Source: Helicobacter suis (GTDB lineage Bacteria; Campylobacterota; Campylobacteria; Campylobacterales; Helicobacteraceae). Taken from it: a stretch of DNA of 64,000 nt. The stretch covers positions 37,235-101,234 of the forward strand of contig NZ_CABIKE010000003.1 in assembly GCF_902196135.1 (NCBI RefSeq). The letters run 5' to 3'. Each line of letters opens with the position of its first letter. The first letter of the stretch is position 1. Position numbers and translations under genes: made by a program. Under the pieces are notes generated by a model, which ran no database searches, was not told the DNA's origin, and saw only the letters and a list, made by a program, of their open reading frames with translations. Positions 29,152-39,572 of this stretch are shown here, piece by piece.

Positions 29152-30543
29152 ATGCCGACAAATAACCCTGAAGAATCTCCCGTTTGTTCTTTTAAAGATT
29201 TGGGTTTGCACTCTAAAATCTTAAAATCTATTGCTGATGCGGGTTTTACTAGCCCTAGCCCTATCCAAGAAAAGGCCATTCCTGTTATCTTAGAGGGTAA
29301 AGATGTGATTGCCCAAGCCCAAACCGGTACCGGTAAAACCGCTGCTTTTGCTTTACCCATTATCCAAAACTTACAAAATGATAAAAGTATAGAAGCACTT
29401 ATCATCACCCCCACGCGTGAACTAGCCATGCAAATTAGCGATGAGATTTTTAAGCTAGGTAAAAGTTCACGCACCCGCACTATTTGTGTTTATGGGGGGC
29501 AAAGCATTAAAAAGCAATGCGATCTTTTAGAGAGAAACCCACAAGTCATGATTGCTACCCCCGGACGACTCTTAGATCATCTAAAAAATAAACGGCTTAA
29601 GCGTTTTGCTCCTAGAGTAGTTGTATTAGATGAAAGCGATGAAATGCTAGACATGGGTTTTTTAGATGACATTGAAGAGATTTTTAATTATTTGCCAGAA
29701 GATGCCCAAATTTTGCTCTTCTCAGCAACCATGCCCGCTCCTATCAAAGACTTAGCCAACAAAATACTACAAGATCCGGTATCTATCCACATCGCCCCTA
29801 CCCATGTAACTAATGCAGATATTTCCCAGCGTTTTTATGTTATCAATGAACATGAGCGCAATGAGGCAATCATGCGCTTACTAGATAAAGAAAATCACAG
29901 CAAAAGCATTATTTTTATGCGCATGAAAAGAGAAGTAGATGAGTTACACCAATTTTTAAGCGCTAAGGGCTATAAAACCACGCCTTTACACGGCGATATG
30001 GAACAACGCGCCCGCCGTGAATCTATCAAAGCTTTTAAATCTAAACTCGCTGATGTCTTGGTGGCTACGGATGTAGCCAGTCGTGGTTTAGATATTAGTG
30101 ATGTGAGCCATGTTTTTAATTATCATTTACCCTTAAACACAGAGAGCTATATCCATCGCATTGGGCGTACTGGGCGCGCGGGTAAAAAGGGTGTGGCTAT
30201 CACTTTAGTAACACCCCTAGAATATAAAGAACTCCAGCGCATGCAAAAAGACATCGGTTCTTCTATTGAGCTTTATGAAATCCCTAACATGAATGAAGAT
30301 CGCTTGATTCAGGCTATCTCTAAGGTAGAAGTAGATGCAGAGGTGGTAAGTCTATACGAACAACTCACCGAGCAATTTGAGCCTTCTCAATTAGTGCTTA
30401 AACTCTTGAGTTTGCAATTTAAAAGCTATAAAGTTGATTTAGATCAGGTTTTAGCAGAACCCAAACCGGTTACGCGCCCTAAAAAACATGCCTCCAAAAC
30501 TTATAAAAGTGGGCGCTTTAAAGACTCTAGACGCAGATATTAA
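29152..30543 (+). CDS. deaD: DEAD-box ATP-dependent RNA helicase
   Basis: A Q-motif, AQAQTGTGKT (motif I), SAT and HRIGRTGRAG are present. Motif II reads DESD rather than DEAD. Confidence 0.9.
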   Translation: MPTNNPEESPVCSFKDLGLHSKILKSIADAGFTSPSPIQEKAIPVILEGKDVIAQAQTGTGKTAAFALPIIQNLQNDKSIEALIITPTRELAMQISDEIFKLGKSSRTRTICVYGGQSIKKQCDLLERNPQVMIATPGRLLDHLKNKRLKRFAPRVVVLDESDEMLDMGFLDDIEEIFNYLPEDAQILLFSATMPAPIKDLANKILQDPVSIHIAPTHVTNADISQRFYVINEHERNEAIMRLLDKENHSKSIIFMRMKREVDELHQFLSAKGYKTTPLHGDMEQRARRESIKAFKSKLADVLVATDVASRGLDISDVSHVFNYHLPLNTESYIHRIGRTGRAGKKGVAITLVTPLEYKELQRMQKDIGSSIELYEIPNMNEDRLIQAISKVEVDAEVVSLYEQLTEQFEPSQLVLKLLSLQFKSYKVDLDQVLAEPKPVTRPKKHASKTYKSGRFKDSRRRY

Positions 30544-30551
30544 GGTTAGAT

Positions 30552-31445
30552 ATGAATCATCGCTATATTTGGCAAGATAACGCCGTTATTCCATTTGATA
30601 AGGCTACAGTCCATGTGCTGAGTTATAGCCTGCACTATGCAAACGCTGTCTTTGAGGGTATCCGCGCCTATAAAGGTAGCGATGGCCTCTATGTTTTTAG
30701 ATTACACGATCACATGCAAAGACTCTTAGATTCTTGTAAAACTTTGATGCTTGATCAGGTTTATAGTTTGGAGGCCTTAAAACAGGCTACTTTAGATCTT
30801 TTAAAAGCCAATGCTTGCATGGAGGATACTTATATCCGCCCGCTTGTATTCATGGGGCTTGGTAGTTTAGGGATTTGTAGTAATAATCCTCCTATCCATA
30901 CCGTAATTGCCACAGTAACATGGAAACACAACCCTATAGAGGGCATTAAGGTTAAAACCAGTTCTTTTAGAAAAAACGATGTACAATCTAGCCCTAATAA
31001 AGCTAAGGCTAGCGCACATTATCTTAACTCCCAACTAGCCAAACAGGAGGCACTTCTGTGTGGGTTTGAAGATGCGTTGTTACTAGATAATCAAGGTTTT
31101 GTGGCTGAAGGTTCTGCTGAAAGTTTTTTTATGGTGCACCGCGATCAGCTCATCGTTCCTCCCCTAGATTATGCCCTAGATTCAATCACCCGCCAAACCG
31201 TTTTAGAATTAGCGACGCATTTACAAATCCCCACCATAGAGCGCCACATAGCACGGGAGGAAATTTATAGCGCGCAGGAAGCTTTTTTTGCAGGTACAGG
31301 GGCAGAAATTTTACCCATTCAATCTTTAGATTTTAGACCCATAGGTGGCCAAGAAAAACCCATTACTCAAGCTCTAGCAGAGGCGTATATGCAATTAGTC
31401 AGAGGCGAGCTTAGCGCACTTAAACACCATATAACGAAGGTGTAG
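30552..31445 (+). CDS. Class IV (fold-type IV) PLP aminotransferase (BCAT / aminodeoxychorismate-lyase family)
   Basis: The 297-aa protein has the pattern typical of IlvE/PabC-like enzymes. Confidence 0.65.
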   Translation: MNHRYIWQDNAVIPFDKATVHVLSYSLHYANAVFEGIRAYKGSDGLYVFRLHDHMQRLLDSCKTLMLDQVYSLEALKQATLDLLKANACMEDTYIRPLVFMGLGSLGICSNNPPIHTVIATVTWKHNPIEGIKVKTSSFRKNDVQSSPNKAKASAHYLNSQLAKQEALLCGFEDALLLDNQGFVAEGSAESFFMVHRDQLIVPPLDYALDSITRQTVLELATHLQIPTIERHIAREEIYSAQEAFFAGTGAEILPIQSLDFRPIGGQEKPITQALAEAYMQLVRGELSALKHHITKV

Positions 31446-31454
31446 GGGAAACAC

Positions 31455-32546
31455 ATGCCCATTGATCTAAACGAGCATTTGAAAAAAAAACAATCCAATC
31501 AATCAGAACCCCCTAAGATTCCTCCCAAAAATACCACCCCTCTTAAACCCCCATTCCCCCCTGTATTGCAATCTAAAAAGATCACTTATTTAATTATCTT
31601 TTTTATTCTCTTGGCTTTTTTATTGATCGCCAAACCTTTTACGGTGATTCAATCAGGCGAAATTGGAATTAAAATCACAGCCGGTAAATACGATCCCATT
31701 CCTTTACAACCGGGCATTCACTTTTTTGTCCCCATTGTGCAAGATATTTTAGTGATTGACACGCGCGTACGCACCATTAACTTTTCGCGTACAGAAGACA
31801 TGGGCATTGTGGGCAAAAATCAAGGGATTTTTAGAAACGATGCGATCAATGTGATGGATTCTAGAGGGCTTACCGTTTCTATTGAGTTAACCGTGCAGTA
31901 CCGCTTAAATGCTAAAACCACCCCCCAAACTATTGCCACCTATGGACTAAGCTGGGAGCAAAAGATCATTAATCCGGTTGTGCGCGATGTGGTGCGATCG
32001 GTGGTGGGGCGCTATCCAGCTGAGGATTTGCCCATTAAACGCAATGAAATTGCTGCTTTGATCAATACAGATATTAATAAAGAAGTTTCTAAGTTGCCTA
32101 ATTCTCCGGTAGAGTTAAGTTCGATTCAACTTAGAGAAATTGTACTACCCCAAAAAATTAAAGAACAAATTGAAAAGGTACAAATTGCACGCCAAGAATC
32201 TGAGCGGGTTAAATATGAGGTAGAGCGCGCCAAACAAGAAGCCCAAAAACTCGCGGCTTTAGCAAAAGGTGAGGCGGATGCTAACCGCATTAAGGCACAG
32301 GGGGTAGCTGATGCAATTGTAATTGAGGCTAAGGCTAAATCTGCGGCTAATTTAAGTATCGGGCAAAGCCTTAATGATCGGCTCTTACAACTCCGCCAAA
32401 TTGAGGTACAAGGGCAATTTAACGAAGCGCTTAAGGCTAATAAAGATGCTCAGATTTTACTAACCCCCGGGGGGGCAGTGCCTAATATTTGGCTAGATAC
32501 AAAAAGTAAGCAAAAAGCCCTAGCAGGGCATGCAAACCAACATTAA
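31455..32546 (+). CDS. SPFH/Band-7 (stomatin/prohibitin-like) membrane protein
   Basis: An N-terminal TM is followed by an SPFH domain and a coiled-coil-rich C-terminus (AKQEAQKLAALAKGEADANRIKAQ). Confidence 0.75.
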   Translation: MPIDLNEHLKKKQSNQSEPPKIPPKNTTPLKPPFPPVLQSKKITYLIIFFILLAFLLIAKPFTVIQSGEIGIKITAGKYDPIPLQPGIHFFVPIVQDILVIDTRVRTINFSRTEDMGIVGKNQGIFRNDAINVMDSRGLTVSIELTVQYRLNAKTTPQTIATYGLSWEQKIINPVVRDVVRSVVGRYPAEDLPIKRNEIAALINTDINKEVSKLPNSPVELSSIQLREIVLPQKIKEQIEKVQIARQESERVKYEVERAKQEAQKLAALAKGEADANRIKAQGVADAIVIEAKAKSAANLSIGQSLNDRLLQLRQIEVQGQFNEALKANKDAQILLTPGGAVPNIWLDTKSKQKALAGHANQH

Positions 32547-32552
32547 GATTAC

Positions 32553-33086
32553 ATGCTCATCTCCACTCTTTTACAAACAGTTTTAGATCACCTAAAAATA
32601 TTCTGGGAACAGGCTAGTCTTTTTGCTTTGGTGATCTTTGGGTTGCATTGTGCTTTTTTTCTTGGCTTTTTTATTCTAGGATTGTATTTTAGGGGATTTA
32701 CATCTACTCTATTGCATTTAATCGCTCTTGTCTTTTTATTAGGAACGCCCTTTGGAGTGCGCTATATTTTAGAGCAACAGCTTTTTAAAATCCAAGCCAC
32801 CGTACAACAAGCTTTTTCTTTCACTTATACAAGTGCTTTTGTTGCTAAGGTGCGGATTAAAAATGAGGGTTATTTACCCATCCGCAAATGTTTTTTACGC
32901 CTAGATGTGTTGTTGCCCTCTACTAATAAATTCCAGAGTTTTTTACACCAGTGGATTTTTGCACATTCCTATATCCAACCTTTCCAACTCTTTTTACCAC
33001 CCCACAAAGAACAAAATCTGGTTATGAATATCGAGCCCTATCCTTATAAACAAGCTTCTTTTAAACTTTCTAGTACCTGCCACTAG
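32553..33086 (+). CDS. Hypothetical membrane protein
   Basis: The 177-aa protein has two or three TM helices near the N-terminus. Confidence 0.4.
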   Translation: MLISTLLQTVLDHLKIFWEQASLFALVIFGLHCAFFLGFFILGLYFRGFTSTLLHLIALVFLLGTPFGVRYILEQQLFKIQATVQQAFSFTYTSAFVAKVRIKNEGYLPIRKCFLRLDVLLPSTNKFQSFLHQWIFAHSYIQPFQLFLPPHKEQNLVMNIEPYPYKQASFKLSSTCH

Positions 33087-33141
33087 TTTTATTAACTAAA
33101 CTTAGTTAGAATGGTCAAATCTTATTTTTAAAGGATATAGC

Positions 33142-33633
33142 ATGGCAGTTGGCATCTTCTATGGCACAGATAGCGGGAATGCAGAAACAGTGAGCAATAA
33201 AATCGCAACACATTTTAGTGGCGCAAAAGTCTTTGATGTGAGCAAGGCTAGTAAAGGCGATTTTGATGGCTTTAGTTCTGTGATTTTGGTTGCGCCTACA
33301 GCAGGGGCGGGGGATTTACAAAGCGACTGGGAAGAATTTTTAGGGACACTAGATGCATCCAATTTTGCTAATAAAACCATTGCTCTAGTGGGACTAGGCG
33401 ATCAAGATACTTACTCTGAAACCTTTGCTGAGGGCATTTTTCATATCTATGAAAAAGCTAAGGCGGGTAAAGTTGTGGGCTTTACTTCCACAGATGGGTA
33501 TACCTTTGAGGGGTCTAAATCTGTAGAGGGTGGTAAATTTGTAGGGCTTGTGCTAGATGTGGATAACCAAGATGAATTAACAGATGGGCGCATTAGTGCT
33601 TGGGTTAATGAAATTAAGGGGCAGTTGAATTAG
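33142..33633 (+). CDS. fldA: Long-chain flavodoxin
   Basis: [18 protein letters not shown]-binding loop. The 163-aa size fits. Confidence 0.9.
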   Translation: MAVGIFYGTDSGNAETVSNKIATHFSGAKVFDVSKASKGDFDGFSSVILVAPTAGAGDLQSDWEEFLGTLDASNFANKTIALVGLGDQDTYSETFAEGIFHIYEKAKAGKVVGFTSTDGYTFEGSKSVEGGKFVGLVLDVDNQDELTDGRISAWVNEIKGQLN

Positions 33634-33725
33634 CCTTTTTAAAAACTTGTAGGGAGGAGGGGTTTTTCAGGTTTGTTTATCATGAGTATGTGTAACAACC
33701 TTTTGATCTCATTATAAGGAAACCT

Positions 33726-34307
33726 ATGCGACCTAGACGGTGTTATTTGCACCCTGAAATGATCTTCTTAGCCTTTCTAGGAGTTTTGGGCTTTTCTGCT
33801 TGTGGTTCTAATCCTCCCCACAAAAGAGATGTTTTTTTGCAAAACATGCCAGCTTGGATGGTAGAAGATCGCAGCATGTTTGTTACCCAAGGCATTGATA
33901 GCTCCCATGTTATTGACGGACAAGTGGAGCGCTCAGAGGGAATAGCCAGAGAACGGGCGCGTTTCCGTGTAGCGGAGCACATCGCTAATAAGATTAAAGA
34001 AATCTACACAAAAGATCAAAATGCCGACCAAAAATCCTATGATAGCGAAGTCTTTTCAGAGATCACGCAGGCAATCGCTGCTAGTTTTGATAAATGGGTG
34101 CAATTAGGGGAGTATATTAACCCTAATAACCAAGAGGTGTTTATGCTCATGCGAGTAGATGGCTATAGCCCCGGTGTTTTACAAGATAGACTTGAAAAAA
34201 TAGAGTCTCTAAGTACGCAGACCATTAAGGACATTATACAATCTGTAAAAACCATCTTTAAAGAGGCCATAGATTATGGTGATATTAAGGTTCCACAAAG
34301 CATGTAA
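33726..34307 (+). CDS. Putative lipoprotein
   Basis: Signal sequence with lipobox GFSAC|GS. Confidence 0.45.
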   Translation: MRPRRCYLHPEMIFLAFLGVLGFSACGSNPPHKRDVFLQNMPAWMVEDRSMFVTQGIDSSHVIDGQVERSEGIARERARFRVAEHIANKIKEIYTKDQNADQKSYDSEVFSEITQAIAASFDKWVQLGEYINPNNQEVFMLMRVDGYSPGVLQDRLEKIESLSTQTIKDIIQSVKTIFKEAIDYGDIKVPQSM

Positions 34308-34392
34308 GCACTACCTAATAGGTAGTGTGCTTAGAGGTTTTACTTGGTAGGGCGCGGTTAGATTTGATTCTAGTTACACCTTATTATTTAGA

Positions 34393-36045
34393 TTGAGTTG
34401 TCCTTGTGTTAGACTGCCCCTTAGCCTATTAAACGAGGGTGTGTTGTATTTTTTAAAATCGTGGTATACGCGGCCTATTGTGTCTATGGTTTTGCTTGTT
34501 TGGGGGTGGGCTGGAGCTGATAATTTGCAAATACAACACCTCAAAGAAGAATATAAGCGTATCGAGCACCAGATTGATTCTAGCAATAGCATTTGGTTGA
34601 AAAAATTTAGTAATGCTGAAAGTTATGAGGAAATTTATACAGAGATCCAAAGCGTCCAGCGCCAACTCAAAACTCTTGACAGCAAGAAAGATAGCGATAC
34701 GCTTAAAATTAATACACTAAAGCATGTTTTACAAGCCCTTAAACACCAAGAGGAATTACTCGAACGCTATAAGATGAATCCTTTTAAAGACCTTGTAGAA
34801 AAACCCAGTATCCCTAACATTCCTAGTATCACTAACCCTATTGCAATTGTGGAGGGGATTTCCTTTATTAAAAAAATCAAAGCCCAGTATAGTGTCATGA
34901 AGTCTCACCAAAAGAGTTTACAAGCTATCTTAGCCTTAATCAACAAAAAGTTAGAGATTCTAACCCAATTAGAATCTAAAGAGGAGGGCGAAGCTTCTAA
35001 GAAAGAAAAACTTGCTAAGCAAATTTATCAAGAACAGATCAAAAAGATTGAATTACAAGGCGCACAAAATCTTTTAAAAATCAGCATTGATGTTTTTGCT
35101 AAGGATATTGAAGAAGCTAGCTTAAATGTCAACTCCCAAATTAAAGATCAAATCCTTAAATTAATCTATGTTGTTTTAATCGCCTTAGTTAGCATCGTTT
35201 TGGCATGGGCTTTAAAAATCATTAGCCATAAATATATCCATAGCAACGAACGCGCCTACACCATTAACAAGGCGATTAACTTTGTCAACGCTAATGTCGT
35301 GGTGTTGATTTTTTTATTTGCCTATCTTGAAAATGTTTCTTATTTAGTTACTGTGCTAGGTTTTGCTAGTGCCGGGCTAGCCATTGCCATGCGCGATTTA
35401 TTCATGAGTCTTTTAGGGTGGTTTACCATTATCATAGATGGCAATATCCATGTGGGCGATCGAATCAAAGTATCTAAGGATGGCAACACCTATGTAGGAG
35501 ATGTACTAGATATTTCTGCGCTTTACATCACAATCTTAGAGGAAGTAACCCTTACTAGTTCTAAGGAGAATAGCTATCGCGCGGGGCGGATTATTTTTAT
35601 CCCTAATAATTATATTTTTACTAACCTCCTTTCAAACTATAGCCATGCGGGCATGAAAACCGTGTGGGACGGGATTGATTTTTTTGTTACCTTTGATTCT
35701 AATTATAAAAAGGCTATGGAAATTGCTCTTAGCGTTGCTAATGTCCATGCCAAGCAATATACCGAGATGACCTATAAACAAATGAGTAACATGCGCACGA
35801 GGTATTCTTTGCGCAACACCAGCGCTAATCCGCGCGTCTTCATGGCTTTAGAAAAAGACGGGGTTCATATCAGTATATGGTATCAAACAAATTCATACGC
35901 CACTTTAGTACTCAAGTCTAAAATTTCGGCTGATATTTTAGATGCGCTTTTGAAAGAACCCGATATTTTTGTAGCCTACAACACAACCAAGTTTATTAAA
36001 GAAGGTGGGGATGGTTTTGCCAATAAAGAGCATAGGATTTTATGA
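34393..36045 (+). CDS. MscS-family mechanosensitive channel with a long N-terminal coiled-coil/periplasmic extension
   Basis: A conserved MscS pore/beta-domain region is present (VLGFASAGLAIAMRDLFMSLLGWFTIIIDGNIHVGDRIKV). Confidence 0.75.
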   Translation: MSCPCVRLPLSLLNEGVLYFLKSWYTRPIVSMVLLVWGWAGADNLQIQHLKEEYKRIEHQIDSSNSIWLKKFSNAESYEEIYTEIQSVQRQLKTLDSKKDSDTLKINTLKHVLQALKHQEELLERYKMNPFKDLVEKPSIPNIPSITNPIAIVEGISFIKKIKAQYSVMKSHQKSLQAILALINKKLEILTQLESKEEGEASKKEKLAKQIYQEQIKKIELQGAQNLLKISIDVFAKDIEEASLNVNSQIKDQILKLIYVVLIALVSIVLAWALKIISHKYIHSNERAYTINKAINFVNANVVVLIFLFAYLENVSYLVTVLGFASAGLAIAMRDLFMSLLGWFTIIIDGNIHVGDRIKVSKDGNTYVGDVLDISALYITILEEVTLTSSKENSYRAGRIIFIPNNYIFTNLLSNYSHAGMKTVWDGIDFFVTFDSNYKKAMEIALSVANVHAKQYTEMTYKQMSNMRTRYSLRNTSANPRVFMALEKDGVHISIWYQTNSYATLVLKSKISADILDALLKEPDIFVAYNTTKFIKEGGDGFANKEHRIL

Positions 36046-37301
36046 TGAAACAAAAAGTCTATTTTAAAACCTTTGGATGCCGCACTAATCTATTTGATAC
36101 TCAGGTTATGCTAGCGCATTTAAAGGATTTTGAAACTACAAATCATGAGGAGGAGGCACAAATCATTATTCTTAACTCCTGCACGGTTACTAATGATGCA
36201 GATTATAGCGCTAGAAGTTATGCTAAAAAAGCCACCCGTTTAGGTAAAAAGGTGTATTTTACCGGCTGTGGGGCAAATACACAGGGGTTAGAACTCTTTA
36301 AAAGCGGGCATGTCTTTGGAGTCTTTGGCCATGATCACAAAGAAGAGATTAATGCTTTACTCCAAGAAAAACAGGGATTTTTTTATGAAGACAAACAAGA
36401 ACACTTAGATCAAATCCTTTTATCTAATTTTGTTGGTAAAACACGCGCATTTGTCAAGATTCAAGAGGGCTGTGATTTTCGCTGTAGTTATTGTATTATC
36501 CCAACTGTGAGGGGACAATCTAGAAGTTTGAATCAAGATCATGTTTTAAAACAAATTGAGATGTTATCCCAAGCAGGGGTATTAGAAGTGGTGCTTACAG
36601 GGACTAATGTAGGCAGTTATGGGCTTGATAGAAACACTAATTTAGCCCGTCTAATTCTTAAAATTGCGGATTTAACCCCTATTAAACGGGTGCGTATTGG
36701 TAGTTTAGAGCCTAGCCAAATCAATACAGAATTTTTAGAGCTTTTAGATCACCCCATTTTAGAGCGGCATTTGCATATCGCGCTCCAACACAGCCATGAC
36801 AACATGTTAAGGCGCATGCGGCGGCGTAACCGCGTGAATAGCGATATTAAGCTTTTAGAAAAGATAGCTTCTAAAGGTTTTGCAATTGGTACAGATTTTA
36901 TTGTAGGCCATCCTTATGAAGATGAATTAACTTGGCAAGAAGCGTTATTAAACTTTAAACAACTCCGCCTAACCCATATCCACCCCTTTATCTATAGCGT
37001 GCGTGATAATACCCCCTCTAGTAAAATGCCTTTAAATGCACGCGTTCCGGGTAATATTGCTAAAACTAGATTAGATCAAATCAAAACCCATGTGGCTATG
37101 CAAAATCTGGCATTTAGACAACAACTTAAAGAAAACAGAGAGGTTTTAGAGGTGATCGTGGAGAATTTTAAAGAACCCTATTATCGCGGCTATGATCAGT
37201 ATTTTAACCCGGTTAAAATCCTCTCTAAGCAAAATTTACAAGGGCTTGTATACTTAAATACCTATGAAGTGAGGGCTGATGCCAACTATGCTACGCTCTA
37301 A
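36042..37301 (+). CDS. mtaB: Radical-SAM methylthiotransferase, MtaB-type (tRNA ms2t6A)
   Basis: An MTTase N-domain with three Cys and the radical-SAM CDFRCSYCIIP are present. The gene overlaps the preceding stop (ATGA). Confidence 0.8.
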   Translation: MMKQKVYFKTFGCRTNLFDTQVMLAHLKDFETTNHEEEAQIIILNSCTVTNDADYSARSYAKKATRLGKKVYFTGCGANTQGLELFKSGHVFGVFGHDHKEEINALLQEKQGFFYEDKQEHLDQILLSNFVGKTRAFVKIQEGCDFRCSYCIIPTVRGQSRSLNQDHVLKQIEMLSQAGVLEVVLTGTNVGSYGLDRNTNLARLILKIADLTPIKRVRIGSLEPSQINTEFLELLDHPILERHLHIALQHSHDNMLRRMRRRNRVNSDIKLLEKIASKGFAIGTDFIVGHPYEDELTWQEALLNFKQLRLTHIHPFIYSVRDNTPSSKMPLNARVPGNIAKTRLDQIKTHVAMQNLAFRQQLKENREVLEVIVENFKEPYYRGYDQYFNPVKILSKQNLQGLVYLNTYEVRADANYATL

Positions 37302-38937
37302 AAAAGCCCTGATTGGGGGGTTTGCCTTATTAGTAGGGGTGATTTTTATTGCATTCTTATTTTTTAGAGAACCTACAGAGCTTGTGAGTATCCGTGATTT
37401 TAATGCGCTTTTGCATTCTGATAAAATCCAAAGTATCAAAATTGATAGCCACTATATTTATCTTAAGATCAATTTTAAGATTTATAAAACCGCGCGGCTA
37501 GGTTGGAAAGATTCCATGCAATTTCCTACAAATATCCCCATTGAAGTGTTACAAGAGAGTAAAACAACAGAGCAATTATTAGATTTAGTCATTATTTTCT
37601 TCTTTCTGGTGCTTTTGGCTATTTTGTTGCGTTTTGTATGGAGCAGAAAAACTTTACTACAACCCTCCTATGAAACCCCCAAGCTCCAAAACACCCCCCT
37701 GCCCTCTTTACACGCGACCTTGCCCAATGTGAGGTTTGCAGATGTAGCTGGCACTAAGGAAGTTAAAGAGGAGCTGTATGAAATTGTGGATTATCTTAAA
37801 AATCCTAAAAAATACCAAGAGCTTAAGATTAAACTACCTAAGGGTGTATTGTTAGTGGGCCCTCCGGGTGTGGGCAAAACCATGATTGCTAAAGCTTTAG
37901 CCTCTGAGGCCAAAGTGCCTTTTTTTTATCATAGCGGGAGCGCATTTGTACAAATTTATGTGGGTGTGGGGGCTAAGCGGGTGCGCGAATTATTTGCCAA
38001 AGCCAAAGCCTTTAGCCCCTCCATTGTTTTTATTGATGAAATTGATGCGGTGGGTAAGGCCAGAGGCCACCAGCGCAACGATGAAAGAGAAGCCACGCTC
38101 AACCAACTTTTAACAGAAATGGATGGCTTTGAGGAAAGCGCGCAAGTGATTGTGATTGGTGCGACTAATAAAATAGATGTGATTGATGAAGCGCTTTTAA
38201 GAAGTGGCCGTTTTGATCGGCGCATTTTTATCTCTCTACCCGATCTAGAGGAAAGAGTTCAGATTCTACAATCTTATTTGAAAGATAAAAACCACACCCT
38301 AGATTGCATGGAGGTGGCTAAAATCTGTGTGGGCTTTAGCGGGGCGATGTTAGCCTCTTTAGTCAATGAAAGCGCGCTTAATGCATTAAGGCATAATACG
38401 CAGGTTATCACCATGAGAGATATTTTAGAAGTAAAAGATAAAATCGCTTTTGGCAAAAAGAAGAATGTCGCTCTAAGCGAACAAGAAAAGAATCTCTATG
38501 CGCTTTATCAGAGTGCTAAGGCGCTTAGTGCTTATTGGTTAGAAGTGGCATTTGATAAAGTTTTATTAGTGGGGGATTTTCTCATCGCTAGCGATCAAAG
38601 GATTTTAAGCAAAAGCGAGATGAATAATAATATCAAAGTCTATTTAAGTGGCATGATCATTTTAGAACTTTTCTTCCAAGAACACTACACTTTAGCCAAA
38701 GACGATCTTAAACATGCCCTTGAGATAGCCAAACGCATGTGTGAGGAATATGGCATGGGGGATAAGTTTATCGGGGATCGATCGGATATGGAGGCTTTAT
38801 TAAGCACGCTTTATAAAGAACAACGGGATTTTTTAAGTAATTCTAGAATGCAGGTAGAGGCTATGGCTAAGATTTTATTAGAAAAAGAAAAGCTCTCTAA
38901 GTCTCAAATGCAAGAAATCTTGCGCTCTTTTGTGTGA
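37279..38937 (+). CDS. Membrane-anchored AAA+ ATPase of the FtsH clade lacking the HEXXH protease domain
   Basis: An N-terminal TM, Walker A GPPGVGKT, Walker [10 protein letters not shown] and SRH are present. No zinc-protease HEXXH is found in the C-terminal 200 aa. Confidence 0.8.
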   Translation: MPTMLRSKKALIGGFALLVGVIFIAFLFFREPTELVSIRDFNALLHSDKIQSIKIDSHYIYLKINFKIYKTARLGWKDSMQFPTNIPIEVLQESKTTEQLLDLVIIFFFLVLLAILLRFVWSRKTLLQPSYETPKLQNTPLPSLHATLPNVRFADVAGTKEVKEELYEIVDYLKNPKKYQELKIKLPKGVLLVGPPGVGKTMIAKALASEAKVPFFYHSGSAFVQIYVGVGAKRVRELFAKAKAFSPSIVFIDEIDAVGKARGHQRNDEREATLNQLLTEMDGFEESAQVIVIGATNKIDVIDEALLRSGRFDRRIFISLPDLEERVQILQSYLKDKNHTLDCMEVAKICVGFSGAMLASLVNESALNALRHNTQVITMRDILEVKDKIAFGKKKNVALSEQEKNLYALYQSAKALSAYWLEVAFDKVLLVGDFLIASDQRILSKSEMNNNIKVYLSGMIILELFFQEHYTLAKDDLKHALEIAKRMCEEYGMGDKFIGDRSDMEALLSTLYKEQRDFLSNSRMQVEAMAKILLEKEKLSKSQMQEILRSFV

Positions 38938-39488
38938 TGCATTATTTTAGTGGCTTTTGTTTTAGAGGGGAAAAATGGTTATTTGATTGGATTTTAAAAC
39001 CTTATAGGCTTTATAACATCGCCGGCTTTAGCTATGGGGCTATCAATGCCCTTGAGTTTGCCTATAAACAAGTTAAACAGGGTTTACGGGTACAAAAACT
39101 CTTTTTAATTTCTCCTTGCATGCTAGCCTTTAAACCTAAAGTCTTTAAGCGCTTACAAATCTTAAGTTATCAAAAAAATCCGTCCCTTTATGTGCGCTCT
39201 TTTTTACAAAACATTGGTTGGAATAGCCTACTTGATCTTAACCCTCATTTAGCGCGCTTTACACATTTAGGCAGTTTAGAGGATTTAAAAATTCTCTTAG
39301 AATACACCTATAGCACAGAAAAATTAGCGTTTTTATGCGATGAAGGCATCTCTATTAGCGTGTTTTTAGGGTTAGAAGATAATTTACTAGATGTTAAAGA
39401 AGCCTTGCATTGTTTTAAACCCTATGCAAGTGTGTGGCAGTTTAAGGGGGCTAATCATCTACTACAAAAGTCGCCAATTGTTTACTAG
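38934..39488 (+). CDS. bioV: Alpha/beta-hydrolase, BioV-like pimeloyl-ACP methyl ester esterase
   Basis: A GFSYG nucleophile elbow is present. The 184-aa size fits. Position after the mtaB/AAA-ATPase genes is as in H. pylori HP0285-0287 (recalled). Confidence 0.55.
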   Translation: MMHYFSGFCFRGEKWLFDWILKPYRLYNIAGFSYGAINALEFAYKQVKQGLRVQKLFLISPCMLAFKPKVFKRLQILSYQKNPSLYVRSFLQNIGWNSLLDLNPHLARFTHLGSLEDLKILLEYTYSTEKLAFLCDEGISISVFLGLEDNLLDVKEALHCFKPYASVWQFKGANHLLQKSPIVY

Positions 39489-39572
39489 GCCACATGATTT
39501 TTTTGCTACAATTCTTGCCTTTTTGTTTTTTGCGATATGGCTTTTATGAATTTTTTGTTTTAAGGGAATTTC

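Noticed and set aside
31487..31495. A9 run near the start of the SPFH gene
   Set aside because: It encodes KKK in frame. Poly-A/T runs of this length are common in AT-rich Helicobacter coding DNA. There is no evidence of a frame break.
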